Positions 54,120-64,000 of a stretch of DNA of 64,000 nt are shown in pieces (the stretch's first letter is position 1; each line of letters starts with the position of its first letter). The notes beneath the pieces were generated by a model. That model searched no databases, had not been told where the DNA came from, and saw nothing but the letters and a program-made list of their open reading frames with translations. Both the position numbers and the translations under genes were made by a program. This stretch comes from an uncultured Chloroflexia bacterium (GTDB lineage: Bacteria; Chloroflexota; Ktedonobacteria; Ktedonobacterales; JADMIN01), in NCBI GenBank assembly GCA_963840335.1, contig CAWIYP010000027.1, positions 24,892 to 88,891 on the forward strand. Direction: 5' to 3'.

Positions 54120-54295
54120 TTGGGTCAGCAGGGCGGGGCCACATACGCGCCCTTGCCAACCCGATTCCTTCGCTATCCCCTCCTCTGGCGTCGCTGCGGC
54201 GGCGCTCAGGCGAGGGGGTTGTGTATCATGTGCCCACAGGAATGTTCACGAACTCGCGTTGATCTCGCTGTGGCTAGAGGCAAAGGTGCTCCATC

Positions 54296-55006
54296 ATGCG
54301 CATCTATATCATCTCGCCATATCCCACCGTGCGGGCGGGGTTGGCGGCGTTGGCGCGCGAGCAGCCAGACTGGGTGGTCGTGGGAGCCAGCGCTCCCTCG
54401 GCGCTGAGCGCAGTCACCGTAGCGGGCGAAGCGAGCGCGCCGCCAGCGTATGATCTGGATGTGGCGCTGGTTGATCTGGAGCCGGATACCAGCGTGGAGA
54501 CGGTGGCGGGCTGGATGGAGCGCCTGCATCCTCACGGCGGCCTGGTGGCGCTTGGCGTGAGCGATTCGGCGGGCGGACGCGACGCTCCAGAGCGTCTCCC
54601 ACGACAGGCGCTAGAGTTGGGGCGGCTGGTCACGGCGGAGGGCCTGGGCTTTGGCGCGCTGCCACGCGATGCGGCGACCGAAGAAATCGTCGCGGCCATT
54701 CAGGCGGTCGCGAGTGGGCTAACTACGCTCGACCGTGAGCTGGCGCGGGCGGCGTTCGCTGGGCTGGCGCACGGGCGCGCGCAGGCGGAGCCAGTCGGTG
54801 AGCGTGAGGAGCCACTGACGGCCCGCGAGCGTGAGGTGCTTCAGCTACTAGCCCAGGGTATCCCCAACAAGCAGATCGCCCAGCGGCTCAGCATCAGCGA
54901 GCATACCGTGAAGTTCCACGTTTCCGCCATCATGACGAAGCTGGGCGCGGCCAGTCGCACCGAAGCCGTCACTACCGCTGCGCGACGCGGTCTGCTGCTG
55001 CTCTGA
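54296..55006 (+). CDS. NarL/LuxR family regulator with an atypical receiver domain
   Basis: LTAREREVLQLLAQG.PNKQIAQRL.ISEHTVKFHV HTH; receiver has IISPY instead of the acidic pocket and LPRD instead of K. Confidence 0.9.
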   Translation: MRIYIISPYPTVRAGLAALAREQPDWVVVGASAPSALSAVTVAGEASAPPAYDLDVALVDLEPDTSVETVAGWMERLHPHGGLVALGVSDSAGGRDAPERLPRQALELGRLVTAEGLGFGALPRDAATEEIVAAIQAVASGLTTLDRELARAAFAGLAHGRAQAEPVGEREEPLTAREREVLQLLAQGIPNKQIAQRLSISEHTVKFHVSAIMTKLGAASRTEAVTTAARRGLLLL

Positions 55007-55108
55007 GCGCCGCCGCATCGCGCGGGCATGGATTGGGGCCTGTGTCTGCGCGTAAGCGGGGCGTGTTAAAATACCTGCGAAGAAATGCGTAGCTGGCGCA
55101 ATCTGGCC

Positions 55109-55371
55109 ATGAAAGAGGATGCGAGCTTCCCATGCCCAAGCAGCGGAACCACCAGCATCATCGTCAGCGCGGGGATCGCCCAGCGCATCTACAATTGCCG
55201 CAGACGTATTCTCATCTCTCCCCGTTTCAGAGCAATATCTATCCTGAAGGCTGGACGACGAACGCGCCCAATTTCAGGAAGCTCGCGCTGGCGTACCTCG
55301 GCATAGGGGCGGGCTTCCTCGTCTTCGTCCTGCTCGTGACGCTGGTGATCTATCTGCTGGGCCAGCGCTGA
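55109..55371 (+). CDS. Small protein with a C-terminal TM helix; probable indels
   Basis: Hydrophobic C-terminus LALAYLGIGAGFLVFVLLVTLVIYLL; the alternative N-terminal frame has CP..G and NCRR. Confidence 0.5.
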
Positions 55372-55377
55372 GCATGA

Positions 55378-55416
55378 AAGAGCGCCCAGCCGCGACTTGC
55401 GCGGCTGGGCGCTCTC
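55378..55416. terminator. Hairpin between convergent genes
   Basis: AGAGCGCCCAGCCGCG / CGCGGCTGGGCGCTCT. Confidence 0.7.
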
Positions 55417-55427
55417 GCTGGGGTTCG

Positions 55428-56201
55428 TTAGTTGCCGCGTCCGAAGATGCGCAGCATGCTGATGAAGAGGTTCACGAAGTCGAGGAAGAGTCGGAAGGCG
55501 CCGAGCAGCGCGACGCGGTGAATCATCTCATCGTTCGCTCCGGAGCTAGCCGAGAGCGAGAGCGCCTGGCGCTTGATCCACTGCGTGTCGTAGGCCGTCA
55601 GCCCGCTGAAGATGATGACGCCGCCGACGCTGACGATCCAGTAGAGCACGCTGCTCTGCATGAAGAAGTTGACGACGCTGGCGACAATGAGGCCGATCAG
55701 CGCCATCAGAAAGATCGCCCCCAGCTTCGAGAGGTCGAGGCGGGTTGTGAAGCCAATCAGCGACATGGCGCCAAACATCGCCGCCGTCGTCAGGAACGCC
55801 GTCCAGATGCTAGACGAGGTGTACTGGATGAAGATGGTCGAGATCATGAAGCCAAAGAGCGCCGTGAACACGAGATAGAGCGCAGCGCCAGCGGTTGGCG
55901 AGGCGCGGCGGACGACAGGGTAGAAGGCGAACCCCACGGCGATATAGGCGATGATCGAGCCAAACATCACGATGGGATTCTGCTTGAGCGCGACGATAGC
56001 TGGCTGCCCTGCCGCGAGCTGCTGCCCGATGCCCAGCGCGACCCCAAAGCCAAGCAGAAGGCCCACGGCTAGCCAGAGATAGACTTGCCGCATGACTGCC
56101 GAGAAGTCCACACCGCCGGCGTAGGTTCCCGGCGCCGCGCCATATCCCTGACCATATCCCTGACCATATCCCTGACCATATCCCTGATTGTACGGATTCA
56201 C
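55428..56201 (-). CDS. Bax inhibitor-1/YccA family membrane protein
   Basis: MRQVYLW, TAYDTQWIK, LFLDFVNLF; multiple TM helices. Confidence 0.93.
   Translation of the reverse strand: MNPYNQGYGQGYGQGYGQGYGAAPGTYAGGVDFSAVMRQVYLWLAVGLLLGFGVALGIGQQLAAGQPAIVALKQNPIVMFGSIIAYIAVGFAFYPVVRRASPTAGAALYLVFTALFGFMISTIFIQYTSSSIWTAFLTTAAMFGAMSLIGFTTRLDLSKLGAIFLMALIGLIVASVVNFFMQSSVLYWIVSVGGVIIFSGLTAYDTQWIKRQALSLSASSGANDEMIHRVALLGAFRLFLDFVNLFISMLRIFGRGN
56140..56187. repeat. Perfect 12-bp tandem repeat x4 encoding QGYG
   Basis: (CCATATCCCTGA)4. Confidence 0.95.
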
Positions 56202-56397
56202 CTGTCACTCCTTCACTGTGTCTCGCACGGTGTCTCGTGGCGCTGCTACATGGCGGAGGCCGCGCTAGCTGGCAGCCTCCGCTCTACCGTCAGTATACAC
56301 CCGCGTATATCGCAACGCAGGCGCCATGTGGGATGCCCCCAGCGCGCCATCTCGGGCGTAGCGCTGGGGGCTATCCGTTCGCGGAGGCGGCCTGACG

Positions 56398-57498
<1,101 letters not shown>

Positions 57499-57693
57499 AC
57501 TTCTCTCCTCATTCACGGCGCTCGTCACGTATCCGCATGCGACGCGCAGGCCGTCTTTCCTGTGGGTTCGCTCCTCCGCCCGCGCGGATGGGAGATTCTC
57601 TGAATGTGTCGTGTCAGGGGCGCCACGCGCCGATCATTTGGATGTTGTCTGGCTCGCGCGCGGGAGGGTAAGTAGCATCTGTGTGAAAATAGT

Positions 57694-57737
57694 CGAACAT
57701 ACGTACTAATTGTACGCGATTGTCCCCCTGTCGTCAA
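57694..57737 (-). promoter_or_regulatory. recA promoter with a LexA (GAAC-N4-GTTC type) box over +1
   Basis: Minus strand TTGACG (57737-57732), 17 bp, TACAAT (57714-57709); CGAAC-ATAC-GTACT at 57694-57707. Confidence 0.8.
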
Positions 57738-57809
57738 CGCTCTATTCTGACGCGCGCGCGCTGAAACGGAAAGCGAACAGGACGTTCAGGCGGACGGCGT
57801 GGCCGCGCC

Positions 57810-58387
57810 TCACGCCTGGCCCTGCGCCCTGGGTTCGCCGGTGAGATCAGCGCGCAATTGTTCCAGGTCTACCCGCACATCAAATGCCGCGCTGATTTCC
57901 TCGCCATGCTCCTGTTCGTGCGCGCGCATCAGCCGCAGCAGCCCGCCCACGGTTGGCCCACGCGAAGGCGGCGCGTCGGCGGGCGCATCCCGTGGCGGGG
58001 CGGCGCTAGCTCGGCGATGCGCCGCTGCGCCCACTCGCCGCCTCCGACGGCAAGCGCGCTGGAGGTGACACGCATGCTGCTGCCCTGGAGGCTCGCCATC
58101 AGGTCGTCGCGGCTGATATGCGCCAGGCGCGCGATCGAGCGCGCGTTGAAGCCATCCACATCGCGGTAGGCGGCGATGAGTCGCGCTGGCAGCTCGCGCA
58201 CGGCGCTGACCTCCAGCGCGGCGATCAGCCACTCATCCCAGCCGAGCAGGTGCGAGAGCAGCGCGTGCAGTGATCCGCCACCCGGCAGCGCAGGCTCATC
58301 CCAGCGTGCGCCCGCGATCTGGTCGGCCAGGGTGAGCGTCACGAGCCGTTGCTCGCGCGACCGCTGGATGGGATCATCCTCTGGCAT
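57810..58387 (-). CDS. DinB/ClbS-DfsB-like four-helix-bundle protein; indel near 57990
   Basis: SLHALLSHLLGWD..., DGFNA, and HEQEH in the second frame. Confidence 0.7.
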
Positions 58388-58426
58388 GGGATTGACCTCC
58401 TTTGCGCTGGTGGCTGGCGTGCGGCG

Positions 58427-59044
58427 CTACAGCTCACGGCGGCCTTCGAGGGCGCGGCTCAGTGTCCCCTCGTCGGCGTATTCCAGGTCGCCGCCGATGG
58501 GCAGGCCGCGCGCCAGACGGGTGAGCAGCAGCCCAGGCCGGGCGATGGCCTGCGAGATGTACGTCGCGGTGTAGTCGCCTTCCTGGTTGGGATTCGTCGC
58601 CAGGATCACCTCGCGCACTGGCTCGCCCTCGGCGTTGGCGCCCACCCGCACACGCGCCGCCAGCTCGTCGATCTTCAGGTCGCGCGGGCCGATGCCCTCC
58701 AGCGGCGAGAGCGCGCCATGCAGCACATGGTACACACCCTTCAGCACGCCCGTCTTTTCCAGCGCCAGCACATCCAGCGGCTGCTCGACGACGCAGATGA
58801 TGGTGTGGTCGCGTTCAGGGCTGGCGCAGATCGGGCAGGGGTCCGACTCGGTGATATTGCAGCAGATCGAGCACTGGATGGCGTTCTCTTTGACCCGCGT
58901 AATCGCCTCCGCCAGACGCCGCGCCTGATCGGCGGGACTGCGCAGGATATAGAACGTCAGCCGCTGCGCGCTCTTGGGGCCGATGCCGGGCAGTTTGGCC
59001 AGTTCCTCGATGAGCGCCGTGATGGACGCGGATGTTGTCTGCAT
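58427..59044 (-). CDS. recR: Recombination mediator RecR
   Basis: LPGIGPKSAQR, C4 zinc finger, YHVLHG, EVILAT, LEYADEGTL. Confidence 0.98.
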   Translation of the reverse strand: MQTTSASITALIEELAKLPGIGPKSAQRLTFYILRSPADQARRLAEAITRVKENAIQCSICCNITESDPCPICASPERDHTIICVVEQPLDVLALEKTGVLKGVYHVLHGALSPLEGIGPRDLKIDELAARVRVGANAEGEPVREVILATNPNQEGDYTATYISQAIARPGLLLTRLARGLPIGGDLEYADEGTLSRALEGRREL

Positions 59045-59116
59045 GACTCGGTATCGTCCCCACGATAGTCGGACAGTGCGCCGACCGCGTCTGGTCGGGC
59101 GCGCGCATACGTGGCG

Positions 59117-59425
59117 CTAGAAGCCCATGCCTGGTGGCAGCTTCATGCCACCCGTCATCGCCTGCATCATCTGCGCCTGCGCTGCCATTACTTTCCCAAA
59201 GCCGTCCTTGAAAGCGGAGAGGACGAGATCTTCGAGCATCGTCACGTCCTCAGGATCGACCGCTTCGGGGCTGATCTTGACAGCGGTGACCTCAAACTTG
59301 CCGTTGATGGTGACGGTGACGACGCCGCCACCTGAGACGCCCTCGAATACGCTGTTATGCAGGTCGTCCTGCATCTTCATGAGTTGGGCCTGCATCTTCT
59401 GCAGATCTTTCATGTTAAATCCCAT
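59117..59425 (-). CDS. ybaB: YbaB/EbfC nucleoid-associated protein
   Basis: SGGGVVTVTING...VDPEDVTMLEDLV; directly upstream of recR. Confidence 0.95.
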   Translation of the reverse strand: MGFNMKDLQKMQAQLMKMQDDLHNSVFEGVSGGGVVTVTINGKFEVTAVKISPEAVDPEDVTMLEDLVLSAFKDGFGKVMAAQAQMMQAMTGGMKLPPGMGF

Positions 59426-59773
59426 GGCGGTCTCCTGTGAGATGTCGTCTGGCTCTGCGCTCACGGCAAGCGGGCGCGCGGCCATCGGGTAAATGTGGCG
59501 TGATCACTGCGCGTATTATACGCCAGAGGGTGTTCATGGTCGCTATGCGCGCCATATATCCACCCATCGCGTCTCACATGGAAGGATTGTCGCTGATGCT
59601 TGCTGCGTCCTGAGTGGCAGGGCGCGGCGCGTGGCGATACCTCACGGCGCGTGCTATACTCTCAGCCTGATGGGCGTGGTGGGCGCATGTGGGGCCGCTC
59701 GCGTGGCTACGCGCCTGCGGAGGAGGATGCGCTCCTGGCCCCAAGGGGTTGTGGATGAGCGCGGGAGTCAATT

Positions 59774-60211
59774 GTGGCGAATGACGGGGAGCCGATCGAG
59801 GAGTCATTCACGGTCGGCCTGGCGCCGACTGTCGGCGCGACAAAGACACTGACGCGCGCGCTCTCCGAGGCCGATCTGGCGCTCTTTGCGTTGGTGATGG
59901 GCGACGCCGAGCTTGACGGCGAGGCGCATCTGGACATGGAGCCGCGCTACCAGCGAGTGGCCTCGCCAGCGCTGCTCGGCGCGCTGCTGACCTCCTGCGC
60001 CGCGCTGCATAGCGGTCAGCCCGCGTCGGCGCGCTTCGCCAGCGCGCAGATGCGCTTCATCGCGTCCGCCCTGGCCGAGGAGACGGTACGGGTGAACGCG
60101 ACGGTGACGGGCCACGACGAGCCGACGGGCGCGCTTCAGATCGCGGCGGTCTGCGAGGCTGAGGATGGCCGCAAACTCGCCGAGGCGGAGTTCCTGCTGC
60201 GCAACGACTAG
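59774..60211 (+). CDS. MaoC-like hotdog-fold protein
   Basis: TRALSEADLALFALVMGD...H...AQMRFIA pattern. Confidence 0.7.
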   Translation: MANDGEPIEESFTVGLAPTVGATKTLTRALSEADLALFALVMGDAELDGEAHLDMEPRYQRVASPALLGALLTSCAALHSGQPASARFASAQMRFIASALAEETVRVNATVTGHDEPTGALQIAAVCEAEDGRKLAEAEFLLRND

Positions 60212-60217
60212 CGCGTC

Positions 60218-60431
60218 TCAGTCGTCAGCGGCGCACGATGAGCAGATGTACGGCGTCACACGGGCGACCCCATCGGCGTTCGCGCAGGCCCGGCAGCGCG
60301 GCGCCCCGCATAGCTCGCAGGTATCGGCAAGCTGGCCGCGATCAACCTGCAAGCCGCACTCAGCGCAGATGAACGGCTGCCCCTGAATACGTTGTGGCGT
60401 TTGGCTAGCTGGGTTGAGTGCTCTCTGACAT
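60218..60431 (-). CDS. Small protein with four CxxC motifs; probable early indel
   Basis: CAEC, CELC, CRAC, CSSC; GGAGG RBS before ATG 60431. Confidence 0.6.
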
Positions 60432-60584
60432 GGCGACGCCTCCCGCGCGTCTGGCTCGCTCCCGCTGCCAGCCAGTGTGGCGCCGAGGGACGAGCGGCGA
60501 TGCGCCAAACGCTCCGCATCTCTGGCGCCCAGGAGTGAAGCGGCCAGTGTTCAGTCGCCAAATGTGACACTGAAGAAGATGATC

Positions 60585-61362
60585 TCATGGAAGGATTCTC
60601 CGTCGAGCTGGATGCCGTAGCAGCCGGGCGTCTGCATCCGCAGGTACGACATCCAGTTGGCCCAGGGCGCGCCGAAGTCCGGCGCCACCCTGCATGCGCA
60701 TCTCGCGGAGCAGCGTGGGTGTGGTGAAAGTAAAACCCGCCTGCTGATCTATCCCCCCGTTGAAAAGGAGTGGACGTCCGTCGTCGAGCCGCGCGCCACG
60801 CGCCAGCACTGGCCCGCTATAGGTCGGCGCGATGATGAAGAGGCTGAACTGATAGCCCCAGGAGCCGACTCCGTGCGAGGTCGCCAGGCGTCGGGCCGAC
60901 CGCGTGCAGCACGCCATCTGTCCCCATGCCGACGATGTAGACGGGGCCGCCGCCGATGGCCGCGCCAAACCCTGCCTGCACGCTGCGTCCCTGCGCGGCG
61001 GGGCAAGCGGCGCCGGGCGCCAGCGTGGGCAGCGTCAGTGGCTGCGCGCGGAGCTTATCCCACACGGCGGGCGCGATGTCTGAGCCACCACTGGAGGCAT
61101 CCGTGATAGTGATGGCGCTGGCGGTTGGCGAGGCCAAATCAATCGGCGTGGGGCTGCCAGCGAAGAGCGCGCCAATGGCCCCGCGTGTGGGCGAGAGGCT
61201 GAGGAGCGGAACGGCGACCGCGCAGACAATCACGCAGACCGCCAGCGCCACGCGCCGACGCCTGCTCAGCCGGGGCCAGCCACCCATGCGCCGCGCTGTG
61301 GGCCGCGCGTCGAGCGACGTCACCTCCAGCCCGCCATCGTCCATTTCGTCGGGAGATCGCAT
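60585..61362 (-). CDS. Hypothetical membrane-anchored extracytoplasmic protein; indels; 3' end uncertain
   Basis: RRRR followed by a TM helix; continuation frame IIAPTYSGPVLARG. Confidence 0.6.
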
Positions 61363-61385
61363 CGCCAGCCCCTCCCTGCCCGCGC

Positions 61386-61784
61386 TCAGGCTGTTACTCG
61401 TCGCAAGATGAAGTGAGTTGGCCCAGAACCGGTATGCGATTCATACCGAAATCGTCCCTCATAGCGAAAACCTGCGCCGGGATGTTCGAGTTTCTTTGTT
61501 CGGTAGAACACGAGCAGTTCTTGCCCATGACGTTCATGAGCGATGATACTTTCATCCTTGCGACCAGAGATTTGCCCGTCCCAGTACAACATATCCCCAG
61601 ACAGCATATCACTGTACTCTGTCATATCTCCCGATTTCCGCTCGGTCACGAAGAGCCAGATTGAATCATGATTCTTTGGTTTGAATATGCCAGTGTAAAT
61701 AGTTTGGTCGTTGATGTTGAACATTTGACGAAGTGATTCACGAGTGTAGATGTCGCCTCGGCACAATTTGGATGAGGTGAACAC
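61386..61784 (-). CDS. Stand-alone SRA/PUA-like (DUF3427-like) domain protein, low GC
   Basis: IWLFVT..K.....YSD......YWDGQ......IIAH...G.ELLVFYR.....FRYEG..RY..H.G..P pattern; AAGGAGG RBS. Confidence 0.65.
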   Translation of the reverse strand: MFTSSKLCRGDIYTRESLRQMFNINDQTIYTGIFKPKNHDSIWLFVTERKSGDMTEYSDMLSGDMLYWDGQISGRKDESIIAHERHGQELLVFYRTKKLEHPGAGFRYEGRFRYESHTGSGPTHFILRRVTA

Positions 61785-61945
61785 AGAGCCTCCTTTAGCG
61801 CGACAACTTTCTCATCATTGGCGGTTATCCCTCAATGCTGTGTCCCCATTCAATCACATCATGGGATGCGCGTGTATCGTCGTGTTGTTGTATACTTTGT
61901 CACTGATGTAGGTGTTGTGCATGAATGGCGAGAGAGGAGCGCGGG

Positions 61946-62377
61946 ATGTCACAGGTCATCAGTCTGCGCCTGCGCGACGAGCAGATGGAGCGCGTGCGGC
62001 GGATCGCGCGGCGCATGAACAAGAGCGCCAGCGAGACAGCGGCCATGCTGCTCGAAGAGGCGCTACGAACCGCGGAGTTCGCGTTCATTCAGTTTCATGC
62101 CTCCCCGGTCGGGCGCCAGGCCTATATCCAGGGGTCGGGACTGGCGGTGTGGGAGGTCGTGAAGTTGGCGCGGGCCTACGGCGGCGACGTGGCGCGCACG
62201 GCGGAGAGCCTGGACTGGCCGGAGGTGAAGGTGCGCGCCGCGCTCAACTACGCCGCCGCCTATCCCGAAGAGATCGAAGCCGCCATCGCCGACAGCCAGC
62301 CCACCTATGAATCGCTCGCAGCCTTGCTGCCTGGTCTGGAGCGCTTCGGAACGCATGAGCCGGAGCCAGACCAGTGA
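61946..62377 (+). CDS. Antitoxin-like protein: RHH plus DUF433-like domain
   Basis: SQVISLRL RHH N-terminus; GRQAYIQGSGLAVWEV...VRAALNYAAAYPEEIE. Confidence 0.82.
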   Translation: MSQVISLRLRDEQMERVRRIARRMNKSASETAAMLLEEALRTAEFAFIQFHASPVGRQAYIQGSGLAVWEVVKLARAYGGDVARTAESLDWPEVKVRAALNYAAAYPEEIEAAIADSQPTYESLAALLPGLERFGTHEPEPDQ

Positions 62378-62736
62378 AGTTGCTGCTCGATGCGCATATC
62401 TCGCCAGCCGTCGCGCGCAGCCTGAGCAGCGCCGGAATTGATGTGACGCCGCTGCGCGACTGGCAGGGTGGCGCCTATCTCGAAGCCGTCGATGACCTCA
62501 TCCTGCAAGCGGCGCATGGCGCTGGCTGGACGCTCGTGACCTACGATCTACGGACAATTCCGCCGCTCCTCAAGCTCATGGCGGAACAGGGCGCCAGTCA
62601 CAGCGGCGTCGTGCTCGTGGATGAGCGTAGCCTGGCGCAAAACGACATCGGCGGCCTCATCCGCGCGCTCACCCGCCTGGCCGCTTCCCTCGGCGCCGCA
62701 TCGTGGGAGAATCGCGTCGTGTTCCTCTCCCGCTGA
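62374..62736 (+). CDS. DUF5615 PIN-like toxin
   Basis: MKLLLDAHIS, DDLIL, LVTYD, HSGVV; GTGA overlap with the upstream gene. Confidence 0.85.
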   Translation: MKLLLDAHISPAVARSLSSAGIDVTPLRDWQGGAYLEAVDDLILQAAHGAGWTLVTYDLRTIPPLLKLMAEQGASHSGVVLVDERSLAQNDIGGLIRALTRLAASLGAASWENRVVFLSR

Positions 62737-62755
62737 CAGGCGCCCGCACGCCGAA

Positions 62756-62805
62756 TGTGCGTCGCGTCACAGACGCTCCCTCGCTGTGACGCGACGCACA
62801 CTTTT
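62756..62805 (+). terminator. Intrinsic terminator after the toxin-antitoxin pair
   Basis: 17-bp stem TGTGCGTCGCGTCACAG / CTGTGACGCGACGCACA followed by CTTTT. Confidence 0.8.
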
Positions 62806-62948
62806 CCGATTCATCCCCACTGTACACTCTGCGCAAGCTCAGACGCCTGATTGTTGGCGCATAGCCAGCGGTGTCATCAGCCACAACCGCAGTAATGGCA
62901 CGAGACGCAACACCATTCGCTGTGAGCACATGCTTATTGGGGGGATGT

Positions 62949-64000
62949 ATGGAAATCAAAGGCGCACACAATGGATTCCCAGCAAAAATCGTTCTGTTGT
63001 TGCTGTTGAGTGCGGCGGTTCCCATCCTGGGCTGTTCCCTGGGGACGGTCACAGGCGCCAGTAGCTCCGCGACGGGCGGCGCCACGACTGGCGGCTCCTC
63101 ATCCAGCGCGCCGACCGCCACGGCGACGCACGCCAGCGTAGCGCCGACGGCGACCACGGCGCCCGCTTCGGCGCCAGCGCATGCTTTTGCCTGGTTTCAG
63201 TACGACAGCCACAACGCGCCGCAAATCTGGGCGAGCCTGAATGGTGGCGCTCCCCAGCAGATCACGCATATCGGGCCGCCATCCACGACTGGCTGTAATG
63301 TCGAAGTCGCATGGAGTCCGCCGGTCTTTTCCCCCGATCTGACGCATATCGTCGCGGCGCTGGGCAGCTATCAGTGCGGTGACGGCGATATGTATGGCCC
63401 GGCCAGCATCATCTCGGTCTCCAGCGGCACGATCACGCAGCTACCGGGTGGCCCCTCCGCCAACGCGATGCGGGTGACGGAGCGCGACGCGGGCTGGCTC
63501 AACAACTCAACGATCTGGTACATCGGCGACAACGGGAACGCCTACACCTACCATCTCGGCGCCGCCAGCAAGGCGCAGCTACCAGGCATCGCGAACGCGG
63601 TCGAGGGGGCCGTGCGCGGTTCGACCCTCTTCTGGGACAGCATCAATACCTCGAACAGCGCCGCCTGGTACTACACCCTGCGTCGCTATAGCCTGAGCAC
63701 ACATAGCGCGCTCAGCGGCTCCGTCAATCTTGGAGGGGTGGGAACCTGCAAGTGCTCGCCTGGCGACTTCCACACGCCCGGCTGGGACGCCTCGCCCAAT
63801 GGCGCGCATGTCGCCTACCAGGTGGTCACGCCAAGCACTTCCATCAATGGCGGCATCGCCAGTTCGCACATCTACTACGCCAGCGCCAGTTTCTCTGGCG
63901 TGACACATATCGCGCAAGCCATGATCACCAACCAGCTCGTAAAGATGCAATTCTCGCCGAATGGCCAGTGGCTCGCCTTCACGAATGCGCTGCCCTCGCC
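62949..64000 (+). CDS. Putative lipoprotein with Ser/Thr linker and TolB/PD40-like repeats; runs off the window end; absent from the ORF track
   Basis: Manual translation: MEIKGAHNGFPAKIVLLLLLSAAVPILGC (lipobox), then FSPD, ASPNG and FSPNGQWLAF motifs; open to 64000. Confidence 0.75.
   Translation, partial: MEIKGAHNGFPAKIVLLLLLSAAVPILGCSLGTVTGASSSATGGATTGGSSSSAPTATATHASVAPTATTAPASAPAHAFAWFQYDSHNAPQIWASLNGGAPQQITHIGPPSTTGCNVEVAWSPPVFSPDLTHIVAALGSYQCGDGDMYGPASIISVSSGTITQLPGGPSANAMRVTERDAGWLNNSTIWYIGDNGNAYTYHLGAASKAQLPGIANAVEGAVRGSTLFWDSINTSNSAAWYYTLRRYSLSTHSALSGSVNLGGVGTCKCSPGDFHTPGWDASPNGAHVAYQVVTPSTSINGGIASSHIYYASASFSGVTHIAQAMITNQLVKMQFSPNGQWLAFTNALPS

Noticed and set aside
57774-57787. Second SOS box CGAAC-AGGAC-GTTC
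   Set aside because: The spacer is 5 bp instead of 4 and it lies upstream of the -35 element.

Overview
GC-rich bacterial chromosome segment, probably Chloroflexota (Ktedonobacteria-like; inferred from gene content and style). About 20 otherwise intact genes, including murJ, scpA, panC and etfA, are broken by short indels, which points to an unpolished long-read assembly rather than pseudogenes. The main non-coding signal is a probable chromosomal replication origin at ~51.1-51.9 kb. It has 3 perfect and 10 single-mismatch DnaA boxes and a B. subtilis-like unwinding module (tandem boxes, GGCC, DnaA-trios, AT-rich tract). It lies between a GNAT gene and an HtrA-HtrA-LuxR operon, with no dnaA, dnaN or parAB in the window. 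Five perfect parS sites (TGTTTCACGTGAAACA) lie 4-18 kb to its left, one inside a perfect 42-bp palindrome. A ~20-kb catabolic cluster of unknown substrate (12.5-32.4 kb) encodes a Mo-hydroxylase, a DHPON-hydrolase-like C-C hydrolase, two non-canonical M24 enzymes, AcoABC-like subunits, a beta-hydroxyacid dehydrogenase and a Liv-type ABC transporter. A LacI-type operator (CAATCG[A/T]TTG) at three of its promoters ties it together. Also present: etfBA with a membrane Fe-S oxidoreductase, acs, malic enzyme, tRNA-Lys(TTT), lepB, recA with an SOS box, recR-ybaB, a MITE with TIR and target duplication, REP-like repeats, a DUF433/PIN toxin-antitoxin pair beside a stand-alone low-GC SRA/DUF3427-like gene, and several small ORFs missing from the ORF track.
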